Assembly: GCA_903944135.1 (NCBI GenBank)
Contig: CAJAQL010000029.1
Location: forward strand, 1,487-65,486
DNA: 64,000 nt
From: an uncultured Parcubacteria group bacterium
Lineage (GTDB): Bacteria > Patescibacteriota > Minisyncoccia > UBA6257 > 2-01-FULL-56-20
Reading direction: 5' to 3'
Under the pieces are notes generated by a model. That model did not search any database, was not told the DNA's origin, and worked only from the letters and a program-made list of their open reading frames with translations. Below, in pieces: positions 49,683 through 60,493 of this stretch; position 1 is the stretch's first letter, and each line of letters starts with the position of its first letter. Made by a program: the position numbers and the translations under genes.

Positions 49683-50597
49683 ATGAATAAAAACAGTTCC
49701 ACGGTTTTCTTCACGACCGATATCAGCGTCAAGGGGCTCACGGAAATATATTCCCGCATCAACCAAGGGATGACCGGCAAAGTGGGCATCAAACTGCATA
49801 CTGGCGAACCGCATGGTCCGAACCTTCTGCCGCTCGAGCTCATCAAGGGTCTGCAGGCGGAGATCCCGGACAGTACCATCGTCGAATGCAATGTGCTGTA
49901 CCCCAGCCCGCGCTATGAGACGGCCGGCCATCGCGAAGTATTGAAAACGAACGGTTTTGATTTCTGCCCCGTCGATATCATGGACGAGGAGGGCGACGTC
50001 ATGCTGCCGGTGCCGGGCATGAAGGAATTTCTCGCCCAAGGGAAGGATTATACTCCGGGCGATCACCTGACCGAGGTTGCGGTCGGCAAGCATCTTTTGA
50101 ATTACGATTCGCTCTTGGTCTATACGCATTTCAAGGGCCATGCCATGGGCGGGTTCGGCGGATCACTGAAGAACATCGGTATCGGTATCGCTTCCGGCCA
50201 TATCGGGAAAGCCATGGTGCACGGCATGAAGGAGTTCGGTCCCGATGCCATGAGCCATATCGGTCCGGGATTCCTCGAAAGAATGGTCGAATCAGGGAAG
50301 GCTACCATCGATCATTTCAAGGGCCATATCACATATATCAATGTGCTGAAAAATATTTCGGTCGATTGTGACTGTGATGCGCATGGTGCTGCGCCGAAAT
50401 GCGCGGACATCGGCATTCTCGGCTCGACCGATATCGTGGCGATCGACAAGGCGTCGCTCGATCTTGTCTATGGTCTTCCCGCAGAACAAAAGCACGACAT
50501 TGTCGAACGCATCGAGTCCCGCAGCGGACCCCATCAGATCGAATATATGAAAACGCTCGGCATGGGCAATACCGACTATGATCTTATACGGTTGTGA
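49683..50597 (+). CDS. DUF362 family protein
   Basis: IKLHTGE, ECN.LY, HFKGH.MGGFGG.LKNIGIG, DCDC, D.VAID.AS.D. Confidence 0.85.
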   Translation: MNKNSSTVFFTTDISVKGLTEIYSRINQGMTGKVGIKLHTGEPHGPNLLPLELIKGLQAEIPDSTIVECNVLYPSPRYETAGHREVLKTNGFDFCPVDIMDEEGDVMLPVPGMKEFLAQGKDYTPGDHLTEVAVGKHLLNYDSLLVYTHFKGHAMGGFGGSLKNIGIGIASGHIGKAMVHGMKEFGPDAMSHIGPGFLERMVESGKATIDHFKGHITYINVLKNISVDCDCDAHGAAPKCADIGILGSTDIVAIDKASLDLVYGLPAEQKHDIVERIESRSGPHQIEYMKTLGMGNTDYDLIRL

Positions 50598-50744
50598 GCC
50601 ATCAATAAAAATCCCTGCGAAAGCAGGGATTTTGATCTGCATTATCGCAGGGGATTTCTATATTCCCAAAAAAGGACTGCAGTGATAAGGTGAAGACAGA
50701 GCAATTCCAGCACCTTAACGCTTTCATGCAAGGAGGAAACGTCC

Positions 50745-51653
50745 ATGAAGGTTTCCATGCTGTTGGTCATGCTGTTCGCCGCGCTCATCGTGCCGCCGTT
50801 CACGGATGCCGCTCCGCGTACGAAGCGGGCGGTTCCTGCCAGGCACACCGTCAGATTCGATCCTGTTGTGCGGGAAAAACTGGTCATCGCGCATATCAAA
50901 CAGCGGCTCGGATCGTACGGAAACGCTATCGTGACCGATCCTCGTTTTGCGATCGATCCGGCTATGTTCGTCCGTCCGCTGAATCAAAAACCTGCCGTTC
51001 CGCGCCAAAGGCCCAGACGGTATAACTATGACTATGTCTTCAGCCTGTGGTCAAAGGAACAGGGGCGGAGATTTTTGGAGAATAACGTCATTGCGTTCAA
51101 CTATGAGGAGAGGGAATTCGGCGTGCCGCGCGAGGTCATCGACGGCGTGCTGAACATAGAAACGCAATGGGGTCAGAGCATGGGAAAGCGGCCGGTCGTT
51201 ACGACGCTTTACACGCTTGCTGTCATGCGGCCGGATCTCGTCCAGCCGGGATGGTCCGAGAAGCAACTCATCGCTTTTCTCTCCATTTTCGAAGACAGCG
51301 ACACCGATCTCTTTTCTATCAAGGGATCGTCCACTGGAGCGTTCGGTCTGCCGCAGTTTGAGCCGACCTCCTATCCTGTTCTTGCCGTCAATTGCCATAG
51401 CGACGATGATGATGATCCTCCGGATCTTTTCGATAATGGCGATGCGATCTGCAGTATCGGCAAGTATCTTGCCCATGCGGGATGGGGTTTAAGTGAGGCG
51501 TCGCACCGGCAGGCGCTCTTTGCCTATAACCATGACACGTTCTATGTGGGGGCGATCCTCGATTATGCCGACTGGCTTGCGGGAAAATCATCGGAACACC
51601 CGCGCTATCAGTTGTTTCACCCGAAGAAAACGGAAGGGGCCGCTCGCAAATAG
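50745..51653 (+). CDS. Lytic murein transglycosylase (MltB-like)
   Basis: Signal peptide, IETQWG, GS..GAFGLPQF.PTSY, DAI.SIG.YL, YNH. Confidence 0.85.
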   Translation: MKVSMLLVMLFAALIVPPFTDAAPRTKRAVPARHTVRFDPVVREKLVIAHIKQRLGSYGNAIVTDPRFAIDPAMFVRPLNQKPAVPRQRPRRYNYDYVFSLWSKEQGRRFLENNVIAFNYEEREFGVPREVIDGVLNIETQWGQSMGKRPVVTTLYTLAVMRPDLVQPGWSEKQLIAFLSIFEDSDTDLFSIKGSSTGAFGLPQFEPTSYPVLAVNCHSDDDDDPPDLFDNGDAICSIGKYLAHAGWGLSEASHRQALFAYNHDTFYVGAILDYADWLAGKSSEHPRYQLFHPKKTEGAARK

Positions 51654-51689
51654 CGGCCCCTTTAATAGCTATTTGTTATAATGAAAAGC

Positions 51690-52130
51690 ATGGAAAAGAA
51701 AGAAAATGAAACTCCACATCTCCGCATTGAAGAAAGAGCGAAAGAGGGGGTTCATCTTACGAAGAATGAACATGTCGGATTCAATGGCCGTTTGGCAGTA
51801 TTCATAACAAGCGCCGTAGGTACCATGTGGTGCGCCTATCTCTTCGCTGTTATCGCACTGATAAGCCTCCCGGCGGCCATTCGAGGGGGGACGCCCGTTC
51901 TTATCTCATGGATCGCGCAAACGTTTTTGCAGTTAGTTCTCCTCTCGGTGATCATGGTGGGTCAAAAGGTGGCCGCTCTCGCTTCTGACAAACAGGCGGA
52001 ACAAACCTATAAAGATACGGAGGCGCTTCTAAAACTTCAAGACGAAATTCACCAGATGATCGAAATCAATAACAAGCTGACGGAAGAAGTTCACGCGGTT
52101 ATTGTGAAAAAGATGGAACCGCTAAGCTGA
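51690..52130 (+). CDS. DUF1003-like membrane protein
   Basis: AVFIT..VGTMW, QLVLLSVIMVGQ followed by a coiled coil. Confidence 0.75.
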   Translation: MEKKENETPHLRIEERAKEGVHLTKNEHVGFNGRLAVFITSAVGTMWCAYLFAVIALISLPAAIRGGTPVLISWIAQTFLQLVLLSVIMVGQKVAALASDKQAEQTYKDTEALLKLQDEIHQMIEINNKLTEEVHAVIVKKMEPLS

Positions 52131-52192
52131 CAGAGCGGATCTCCGGAGATTTACATTCTGCGGACGTATTCACGGGGGAACGTGGCGGTCGG

Positions 52193-53011
52193 TCAGGAGA
52201 AAATCACGCTTCGCATACTTACAGAGCCGGCGTCGATACCCTCACTGAAGAAACGGAAACCATCGGTTTTATCCCGAAGGCTTGCGGCGTAGACAAGGGG
52301 AAGATAGTGGTCATTCGTCGGATGGGCCATGTCGGCGAGAGCTCCAAGTTTTTTGTAATCGATCAGCGCTTCCTCATTGCCAGCCTCGATGCTTTTCTTC
52401 ACGAACGCGTCGAATTCCAGCGCCCAGTCATAAGGTTTTGCGTTTTGTTCCCAGCGTATTTTTTGGAGGTTGTGCACCAAGTTGCCGCTCGCAACGATGA
52501 GCACGCCTCTCTGTCGTAAGAAGCCCAGTTCTTTCGCGAGCGCGCGGTGATAGTTCATTGGACGTTCATAGGCGATGCTGAGCTGAAAGATGGGCATGTC
52601 CGCTTCCGGATACATATTGCTTAGAACGGACCATGCGCCATGATCGAGCCCCCGGTCAAGATCGGGACGTATCTCCAGGGATGCGACAGTCGTTCTGACC
52701 GAACCGGCTTCGAGAGGTGCTCCGGGTGCATTGTAGCGCACCTCATAAAGCTCGGGAGGGAAGCCGTAAAAATCGTGGATGGTTTTGGGTCGCTCCGTCA
52801 TCGTGACGGCGGTATCTCTCCCGGTGAGCCAATGTGCGGAGATACAGAGGGTCGCACGCGGTCTCGCGAGATCTTTTCCCAGCTTGATCCAGCTCTCACG
52901 ATAGATATTCTCCGTGATGGCGTTCATTGGATTTCCGTGCCCTACGAATACCACCGGCATTTTTTCGGTCTTCTTGGCGTCGAGATGTTTCGCAAGATCG
53001 TGGATCGTCAT
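52193..53011 (-). CDS. 4,5-DOPA dioxygenase (YgiD/LigB-like)
   Basis: GHGNPMNA, ISAHW, TIHDFYGFP, GLDHGAW, SGNLVHNL, HPT.DHYLP. Confidence 0.92.
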   Translation of the reverse strand: MTIHDLAKHLDAKKTEKMPVVFVGHGNPMNAITENIYRESWIKLGKDLARPRATLCISAHWLTGRDTAVTMTERPKTIHDFYGFPPELYEVRYNAPGAPLEAGSVRTTVASLEIRPDLDRGLDHGAWSVLSNMYPEADMPIFQLSIAYERPMNYHRALAKELGFLRQRGVLIVASGNLVHNLQKIRWEQNAKPYDWALEFDAFVKKSIEAGNEEALIDYKKLGALADMAHPTNDHYLPLVYAASLRDKTDGFRFFSEGIDAGSVSMRSVIFS

Positions 53012-53038
53012 CGGATGAAAGACTGCATGTCCATCTTT

Positions 53039-54958
53039 CTAGGGCGTCGATGATGTTGGTTCAACCGTTCCGAGGAATAAAAAGATTTTTGACTCGAAGT
53101 TGGCGAGATTCGTGTCATCATTGAAGACGTGATTTTCGTCCGGATATTCGACGGTCGTGACCGGCGTGCCGAGCATCGTGAGCGAACGGATGAAATCAAT
53201 GCTCTGCTGGGGCTGGACGTTCGTATCCGATCCTCCATAGGCGACCATCACTTTCTTGCCGGCAAACTGATCGAGCTTGCCGAAGATGTCGGCTTGATCG
53301 TAGAGCGCCTCGTTTGCCGCCGAAGGATAGCCGTTGAAATAGAGCTCGGAGATATCGCCATCGTCCGCAAACAGAGTGGACCAGTCGGTTACGGCGCTTA
53401 TGGCAATGACGCCGTTATAGAGCGATGGATCATCGGCGACCGTTTCGAGACTTAGGTAGCCGCCATAGCTGATGCCCATGACATATGTCGCGGAAGGATG
53501 GTAATTTTTCTGTATCAGTTGCGTGCCGGCAGCAACCGCCGCGACGTCGCTTTTTCCGACATTACCGATCAAACTCCGGAAATACGCCGTGCCATAACCG
53601 AAACTTCCGGGATAATCCATTTTAAGGACCATGAATCCGGCCTGCCGCAGATCCTCAAGCATTTTATCGAAGCGGCCGTAGACCGGCGAAGCGTTGTAGC
53701 CGTCGCTCAGTTCTTCGTACGGGCCGCCGTGCAGCCAGACGATGAGCGGTGGTGTCGAGGAGCTTTGCGTGGAGGTCGTATAGCCCGGAGGCAGATAGAG
53801 GACGCCGTCACCGCCTGCAAACTTAACTGGTGTTCCCGTGGCGATCGCGGGTGTCGTATTCGGCGTTTCGATTGTCGTAGTTCCGGTACCGTCGAGCGTT
53901 GCAAGCATCGCTTCGCCGGCGTGCCGACCAACTGTCTGATACGAGATGAAACTGCCGAGATTCCGTAGCGGTGCGTACCAGGAGACCTGGTCGTCGATTT
54001 TTGCCGACCGGCCGGTCGCATAATCGTAGCGATAGAGCGACCAGACATACGGTGCCGCAACGGTATTGGCGGTATAAAAGAATGAGGTCGGCGTGGCGAA
54101 GATCGCTTCGGCAACCATACTACCGTCATCTTTCACGACCGGCCTGCCGATGTTCGCGAACTCCTGAAAGGTTTGGAGCGGCGGCAGATCAATACTGTAA
54201 ACGGAGTTGAAGCCGGACGTGTCATCGAGATAGATCAGGCGGCTGTCATCCGGCGCAAAGGAGAACACGGAATTCGCTTCGACGAGGAGATCGCGCTCTT
54301 CCGTCGGTTCACCCCATGTGTAGGTGCAGCCGGTTATGAGATCCTGAAGAGTGAATGTCCGTTCGCCGCTCATGATTGAATTCTGCGTGTAGTATGCCAG
54401 ATATCTTCCCCGCGGTGAGAAGGTGAGATAGAACGTGTCCGCCGATGGGGAGGAGACCACATGCAGGATCTGTCCCGTACGGAGGTCGACGACGGCGATC
54501 AGGTCCTGGTCGGTCAGAAATGCCGCTGTCATAGTATTGCTGAGAGCAATATTCGCAGCGTTCATGTGGAACGGCAGGATACCCTGCGAGATCAATTTTC
54601 CGCCCTGTACGGTGTAGACGGTATAGAGCGGCTGGCCGCTCGCGGCATCGGTGTCGATCGTGAGGAACGTGCTGCGATCGGGGGAGACATCGTAATTTTC
54701 GCCCTGAAGTTCAGGATAGACCGCCGGCAGCTTCGCAAGCGCCGTACCGCATCCGCTGCCGCTCAGCGGGCATTCATAATAGGTTGAGGTACCGGTTCCA
54801 CTCGACGTTACGGCGACGGTCGTGGTTCCGTTCGCCGTATCCAGACGCACCGCCTCGTCATATTTCACATCAAATGCTTGTGCGCTTCGTACCCCGCAGC
54901 CGATGACGATGATCGCGCCCGCCATAATCGCCAGTTCCGTTTTTATTCTTTTGTGCAT
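53039..54958 (-). CDS. Secreted S9-family peptidase (beta-propeller + alpha/beta hydrolase)
   Basis: WLHGGP, GISYGG, SDTNV, ENH. Confidence 0.85.
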   Translation of the reverse strand: MHKRIKTELAIMAGAIIVIGCGVRSAQAFDVKYDEAVRLDTANGTTTVAVTSSGTGTSTYYECPLSGSGCGTALAKLPAVYPELQGENYDVSPDRSTFLTIDTDAASGQPLYTVYTVQGGKLISQGILPFHMNAANIALSNTMTAAFLTDQDLIAVVDLRTGQILHVVSSPSADTFYLTFSPRGRYLAYYTQNSIMSGERTFTLQDLITGCTYTWGEPTEERDLLVEANSVFSFAPDDSRLIYLDDTSGFNSVYSIDLPPLQTFQEFANIGRPVVKDDGSMVAEAIFATPTSFFYTANTVAAPYVWSLYRYDYATGRSAKIDDQVSWYAPLRNLGSFISYQTVGRHAGEAMLATLDGTGTTTIETPNTTPAIATGTPVKFAGGDGVLYLPPGYTTSTQSSSTPPLIVWLHGGPYEELSDGYNASPVYGRFDKMLEDLRQAGFMVLKMDYPGSFGYGTAYFRSLIGNVGKSDVAAVAAGTQLIQKNYHPSATYVMGISYGGYLSLETVADDPSLYNGVIAISAVTDWSTLFADDGDISELYFNGYPSAANEALYDQADIFGKLDQFAGKKVMVAYGGSDTNVQPQQSIDFIRSLTMLGTPVTTVEYPDENHVFNDDTNLANFESKIFLFLGTVEPTSSTP

Positions 54959-55153
54959 ACCTTCATCATATACTTTTTGTTCCCTTCGGGAAATCGCTAT
55001 CTTAACTTACGCGGATTTTTTTGAAGAGCACGAGCGATGCCAAAAATACCAACCACAGCGAGTGTCCTCGGTGTTCTTCCGATGGCGGTTCAAAAGTTAT
55101 CCGTTCCGCGAGCTTCCGTCGCCGAATTCATTGAGAATCTACCCCGATAGGTT

Positions 55154-55519
55154 CTAAGGTTCCAGCTTTTTCCTTATCTTTTCGATCACATCACCGATGG
55201 GACATTGCTGCTTGATGAAATAATCCTCGATTTTCATCTGTGCGATCCGGTTCAGGTTTTCGTCATCATCCATGTCGGAAAGGATAAAAATCGGGATATC
55301 TTTAAGGTCCGGGTGCTGTTTCAGCATGGTCATGATATAAAAATCATTGCGGGAGGCGAGAACGAGATCAAGAAGAATGACGTTTGGTTTTTCATCTTCT
55401 GCCATCTTCCATCCTTCTCCATCGTTTTTGGCGGAAAACGTTTCAAAACCGCATCCCTGAAATCTATCCTGAAGAATTTTTCTCTCTGCTGGATTTTCGA
55501 CTACGATCAATACTTTCAT
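55154..55519 (-). CDS. Single-domain response regulator
   Basis: KVLIVVE, PNVILLDL, IPIFILS, DYFIK. Confidence 0.8.
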   Translation of the reverse strand: MKVLIVVENPAERKILQDRFQGCGFETFSAKNDGEGWKMAEDEKPNVILLDLVLASRNDFYIMTMLKQHPDLKDIPIFILSDMDDDENLNRIAQMKIEDYFIKQQCPIGDVIEKIRKKLEP

Positions 55520-55739
55520 GTTTTTTATGCGCTATTCTATTTTTCCAAAACTCTTTTGGAGATGCAATATCTTACCATATAACGTTTATCTGTCAACTTT
55601 TCCTGGCATAGTGATTTGCCGAATAGGCTGATGCCGTCTTTATGGATTTAAGGCATAATTTAGGATAAATTTATAGAGGCTCCATGAAGGGTGTATTTGA
55701 GCCGTTCGTCCCGCATCCAATATCCTAAGGAGGTGTACC

Positions 55740-56450
55740 ATGGCACATCCGATCTGGATGTATCTGCTTTTCGGTGTTGCGGTTTCGGAGGGGGCTTCTC
55801 TCTTGACGACCGTGTATCTTCATCGAGGATCGACTCACCGTTCGGTGACATTCAACCCGGTGCTTGAGTTCTTCATGCAACTTGGGCTGTGGTTGACCAC
55901 GGGGATTGATCGCAAAGAATGGGTTGCGGTCCATCTTTGCCATCACGCACACGCTGATCAGATAGGTGACCCGCACAGTCCGCTCCTGCTCGGATTTTGG
56001 AAGGTGCAGTTAGGCAATTTCTTTCTGTACCGCCGCGCAGCCCGCGACCCAAAGGTCCTGTGGTACGGAAGGAATATCATGCCGACATTCGCTGAGCGGA
56101 CCATTTTCCGTTCCGAATTGCTCGGCCTTGTGATCGGAGTGGCGTTTCTGTGGTTCTCATTCGGTTTTTGGCCGATGCTTATCATTGCCGGGACGCACGT
56201 GTTCCTTTACCTGTTCTTCCTGAACAATCTGATCAATGGATGGTGTCATGCGAGGGGATATAAGAACTTCTCTTCGGACGTGGCGTTCAACAATCGTTTC
56301 ATAGCCTGGATCACGATGGGAGAGGGGCTGCACAACAACCACCATCACAAACCGGGAAGACCTTCGCTCAGATATAAATGGAGCGAAGTGGATCCAGGAT
56401 GGATATTCATTAAGATTATGTGTCTTTGCCGTCTCGCAAGGATATCGTAG
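55740..56450 (+). CDS. Membrane fatty acid (delta-9-like) desaturase
   Basis: His boxes HRGSTH, HLCHH, GEGLHNNHH; DPHSP; SD AAGGAGG. Confidence 0.9.
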   Translation: MAHPIWMYLLFGVAVSEGASLLTTVYLHRGSTHRSVTFNPVLEFFMQLGLWLTTGIDRKEWVAVHLCHHAHADQIGDPHSPLLLGFWKVQLGNFFLYRRAARDPKVLWYGRNIMPTFAERTIFRSELLGLVIGVAFLWFSFGFWPMLIIAGTHVFLYLFFLNNLINGWCHARGYKNFSSDVAFNNRFIAWITMGEGLHNNHHHKPGRPSLRYKWSEVDPGWIFIKIMCLCRLARIS

Positions 56451-56646
56451 GCGGTCGATCCCAATAACGAGGCTCCGAACTTTCCGGAGCCTCGCTTTTT
56501 TGCATGTAGAACTGCGGAAGGTATGGCGTTTGCTCGGCGTATCTGCAGGGTGCTCGATGCAATTTGGGCTGGTTGTTTTTATCGTTATGCAGCGCCGCGG
56601 AATAGTCTGATATGCTAAAATAGCAAGATAAATAAAAAATAAATCT

Positions 56647-58248
56647 ATGCCACGAAAATTTTTATGGGTTGCGGCAATGGCGGTTGTGGTGACGGTCGGT
56701 ATGCTTTCTGCAAACGGCGTTGCCTATGCGGTGGTTCCGACGCTCAGTCAAACGAGCGTTACGGTCGGCATCGGGCAGTCGCTTACGATCACGTCGGAGA
56801 ACAATAATAGCGTGTATGTGGATCTGAATTCCGCACCTACCATTGCCTCTGTCTCGGCGAATGGAACACAGATCACGGTTACGGGACAGGGACTTGGATC
56901 GTCGACCATCACGGTTTGTGCGGTTGGTACGGCTTCGGACTGCACCGTCTTCGCCGTCACGGTACAGGCCACAAGTGCATCGAAGATATCATTCAGTCAA
57001 AATAATTTTTCTTTATCAGTGAACAGCAACCAATCGGTGACCCTTTCTGGCGGCAATGGCGCTTATACGATATCGAGCAATTCCAATACAAGCGCCGTTT
57101 CACTGGGTCTGTCGGGTACTGCACTTACCGTTTCCGGATTGGCCGCCGGCAGCGCCACGATAACGGTCTGCGACACATCAAATACCAATACCTGCGGTAC
57201 GCTTTCGGTCACGGTCATTTCTTCCGGTTCTTCCAGCTCATCCAGTCTTTCTTTCAGTGAGAACAATATTTCTTTGGTGGCGGGCAATAGCCAGTCAGTG
57301 GTCATCTCCGGTGGAAACGGGACGTACCAGATATCCAGCATTTCCAATCCGAGCGTTGTTTCCGCGGGTATGTCCGGCAGTAATATCACCGCAGCCGCCA
57401 CTGCCGCCGGCAGCGCCACGATAACGGTCTGCGATACATCGAATACCAATACCTGCGGTACGCTTTCGGTCACGGTGACGGGGTCATCGTCAACATCAAA
57501 CCAGATAATCGTATTCAGCGTGACAAATCCCACACTTGCGGTCGGACAGAGCCTGAACGTAAATATTTCTGGTTCTGCGCCGAGCTATTTCATTTTTTCG
57601 AATGCGAATGCGGGCGTCGCACAGGGAAACATGGCAACCGGCAACACGCTTTCACTTTCCGGCGTGAGCGCCGGAACGGATTCGATTTCGATATGTGCTA
57701 CGGGCGGCGCCGGGTGTCTTCCTCTTTCCGTGACGGTAACGGGTCCCGTGAGCACGCCTGTCGTTGCAACTGCTCCTGCGGTCACACCATCAACCACGCC
57801 AACCACGCCAACGACACCGACGGTGTCTGCGGGAACATCAGTCGCGAATACCGCGCTCCTTGCCGAGATCCAGACGCTCCAAACCGCAGTGACGCAGGTT
57901 TTAACCCAGATCCAATCGATCCAGACACAGATCAATCAGCTTGAGGCACAGGTGAACGCCGGCAGTGGGAGCGGCATCAGCACGAATGTGAGTGCGAGCA
58001 CCGCGACGAACATTTCATCAGGAACGTCAGGTGGTTTCACGGAACTTTTAACAGTAGGATCCCAGGATGCGCAGGTGACCGCGCTTCAGAATAAGCTTGC
58101 TGCGCTTGGATTCTTTTCCGGTTCCATAACCGGTTACTATGGAACGCTGACCCAGGAGGCGGTCATGAAATATCAGACCGCGCACGGCATCTCCGCAACC
58201 GGATCCGTTGGCCCGAGCACCCGCGCGGCGCTGAATGCAGGGGAATAG
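56647..58248 (+). CDS. Secreted Ser/Thr-rich repeat protein with C-terminal peptidoglycan-binding domain
   Basis: Four ~85-aa beta-rich repeats each with a Cys pair, coiled coil, V.ALQ..L...TGYYG.LT..AV..YQ. Confidence 0.85.
   Translation: MPRKFLWVAAMAVVVTVGMLSANGVAYAVVPTLSQTSVTVGIGQSLTITSENNNSVYVDLNSAPTIASVSANGTQITVTGQGLGSSTITVCAVGTASDCTVFAVTVQATSASKISFSQNNFSLSVNSNQSVTLSGGNGAYTISSNSNTSAVSLGLSGTALTVSGLAAGSATITVCDTSNTNTCGTLSVTVISSGSSSSSSLSFSENNISLVAGNSQSVVISGGNGTYQISSISNPSVVSAGMSGSNITAAATAAGSATITVCDTSNTNTCGTLSVTVTGSSSTSNQIIVFSVTNPTLAVGQSLNVNISGSAPSYFIFSNANAGVAQGNMATGNTLSLSGVSAGTDSISICATGGAGCLPLSVTVTGPVSTPVVATAPAVTPSTTPTTPTTPTVSAGTSVANTALLAEIQTLQTAVTQVLTQIQSIQTQINQLEAQVNAGSGSGISTNVSASTATNISSGTSGGFTELLTVGSQDAQVTALQNKLAALGFFSGSITGYYGTLTQEAVMKYQTAHGISATGSVGPSTRAALNAGE
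57142..57476 (+). repeat. 74-bp near-identical direct repeat (57142-57215 and 57403-57476)
   Basis: Two mismatches; encodes AAGSATITVCDTSNTNTCGTLSVTV. Confidence 0.9.
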
Positions 58249-58369
58249 TCACGCAGAATTTGCAATAAAGGAAAATCATCGCCTGCTTTTGATGTTCAGG
58301 AATCCTTTCTCCATCTTCAGATTTTCGCTACGTGCAGAGCTCGCGGAATTGAATGGGGATGAAAAATGA

Positions 58370-59482
58370 TTATTGATATTGTATATAGCTTGGCTCCGGA
58401 CTTATCTTGAGCACTTCATCGGGCGTCATGAGATGGCCGGCAGCGACATCGTTTACGTAAAACAGTTTAAAACCTGTGAATTGCACAGGTTGGCTTTGGA
58501 TGAAGTTTTTATAGGTGCTCAACTTTTCCGCAGGGGTTCCAAAGCCATCCATATCCATCACGATCTGCACTTCGGGGAGCGGCGTGATGTTTTCGGCATT
58601 CGTCACCATGGCCTGCGTGAAACGATGGACGACGAGGATTTTCGGCGGCAGGTTGTTTTCCCTTACGATGTTCGCCAGATAGTTCGCCGCGTAATTGACG
58701 TCGGACGCATCCAGCATTCCGACCGCGGTTCCCGGTCTCTCTCCGTTGTGCATGGCGAATTCCGGATCTAGTGCAAGATGGACCTGCGGTAATTTAAGAT
58801 AGGGTTCAAGGAGGGGAAGCTCCGTCTGTACGTTACTGAGCCCAACCTGCAGATCAAGAAATACGATGCCATTGACCTGCGAAGCCATCTGGATGACCTG
58901 ATTGATCTGATCATCCGGCATGCGTGAACGGTAGTTGCCGTCGAATCCTGGAGTTCCCTGGGCGGAAACCGCGATATAGTCGAGCGCAGGGATCACGGGC
59001 GTCGCCGGGTCCGCCACCTGCCAATCCTTCACAGTATCCGAGAGCATCTGCAAGACCTGCGCTTGGGGATATTTGCCGAGCACACCCATCTGCGTTGAAT
59101 AGAGATTGCCATAGTAGGCAACGATGCGATTGAAGGGGAGAAGCGCTCCTGCATTGGGATAGACGGTCTTAACAGGCCAGCCGACCGGAGTTGTCGAAGT
59201 TGTTATGATGGTCGAGGTTGGCGTTGATGCGGTTCCTTTAACGATTTTTGTACTGGTGACCGTGGTGAGGTTCGCTATCTGGAGCAGTTTTGCATCGTAT
59301 GCCGCAGTATCTAGCCGCCCTGCCGTTGAAGCAGTGAGTTTCGATATCGATGTCGTTGCCTGTGTGGCGGGATCCGCGCTCTGAACCAAGATCGCGCGCG
59401 GTATTTTAACCAGCGCAACTATGCCAAGAGCGCAAAGGAAAACAAAACTTACTATGAATGAGGATTTGTTTTTTTTATCCAT
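58370..59482 (-). CDS. Conserved hypothetical membrane-anchored protein
   Basis: N-terminal TM helix, RIVAYYG, HLALDPEF, MDGFG, GFKLFY. Confidence 0.75.
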   Translation of the reverse strand: MDKKNKSSFIVSFVFLCALGIVALVKIPRAILVQSADPATQATTSISKLTASTAGRLDTAAYDAKLLQIANLTTVTSTKIVKGTASTPTSTIITTSTTPVGWPVKTVYPNAGALLPFNRIVAYYGNLYSTQMGVLGKYPQAQVLQMLSDTVKDWQVADPATPVIPALDYIAVSAQGTPGFDGNYRSRMPDDQINQVIQMASQVNGIVFLDLQVGLSNVQTELPLLEPYLKLPQVHLALDPEFAMHNGERPGTAVGMLDASDVNYAANYLANIVRENNLPPKILVVHRFTQAMVTNAENITPLPEVQIVMDMDGFGTPAEKLSTYKNFIQSQPVQFTGFKLFYVNDVAAGHLMTPDEVLKISPEPSYIQYQ

Positions 59483-59631
59483 CTGTATCAGCATTTTCCA
59501 CTATTTTCGTTTTTTTTGCCAATAATTATCTTCTTGTTCCGGACTTTTGTGTAAAAAAAGCCCGCCGTTCGCATTTTGCTACTAAGGCGGGCTTTGTTTG
59601 CCTGTGCGGTCAAGTTTGGTTGGATGCCGGA

Positions 59632-59931
59632 TCAATCGATGATCATGGCGATGATCGCAAAGTCAGAAAATTCCAGGAGCATCACAAGTTCGCTTTCGCT
59701 CATGGTCTTCTGCAGGCCGGCGGCATGGATCTGTTTGCGGATCGCTTCCACATCTTCGGCGGGCAAGTGATTCTCTTTCGCGAGGCTCTTCAGCATGATC
59801 TCCGCAGCCTCCACGGATGCGGTTGGCCAGGGGCACTTTCCCTTCCTGAAATGGTGGAAATAGCCATGGGCTACATCCGGGGTGCAGTTGCATTTCTCGA
59901 ACCAGACTTTCTGTCCTTCTGTATTGGGCAC
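59632..59931 (-). CDS. Hypothetical protein
   Basis: 99-aa ORF with SD (AAAGGAG); CxC...H...C cluster. Confidence 0.55.
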   Translation of the reverse strand: MPNTEGQKVWFEKCNCTPDVAHGYFHHFRKGKCPWPTASVEAAEIMLKSLAKENHLPAEDVEAIRKQIHAAGLQKTMSESELVMLLEFSDFAIIAMIID

Positions 59932-60132
59932 GGGGTTCTCCTTTCAAGTGATCGCGAATCTATCGCGATCCAGCTGTTTGCAGCAAGCTTTTTGCGTAAA
60001 CAACTCTGCGCAAAGAATAATATATAATGTTTTAAGTGTCAAATATCAAAAAAGGCTTGTGTGAGCCGTTTTAAATAAGATAGTTCAATCATGCATTCCT
60101 GACGTTTAAGCGATCTATGCTATGATATTTAT

Positions 60133-60471
60133 ATGTTCGAGAAATTTCGAGAGTCAGAATTTTCAGAAACCGAGCAAGCGCTTATCGTGAAATTACGCGA
60201 GACGGGGCCGGATGATCCTGATGTCCGTGGTGCGCTTCTTTCATGGTGTAAAAATGAGGAAGCGAAAGTCGATGAGATCAACACTTCCCGTGCAAGCATC
60301 GAGTTCAATCTTAAGCGGGCGAAATTTTATCGCGCCGCAGGATATAATGACGATGCCCTGGAGAATCTCGAATCGGTTCGCGAAGCGGCCCACAACGAAG
60401 GCGCTGAAGATTTGTACAGCGAAGCGATGGCGATCATGAACGAGATCGATAACGAAAAACCGGAGAAATAG
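60133..60471 (+). CDS. Hypothetical acidic helical (TPR-like) protein
   Basis: Extended -10 just upstream; RAKFYRAAG..DDALENL. Confidence 0.7.
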   Translation: MFEKFRESEFSETEQALIVKLRETGPDDPDVRGALLSWCKNEEAKVDEINTSRASIEFNLKRAKFYRAAGYNDDALENLESVREAAHNEGAEDLYSEAMAIMNEIDNEKPEK

Positions 60472-60493
60472 ATCATGAGCGCAATTTTAAGAT

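Noticed and set aside
57142-57476. Direct repeats as a CRISPR array or DGR template/variable repeat
   Set aside because: Only two in-frame coding copies with synonymous differences; no cas or reverse transcriptase gene in the window
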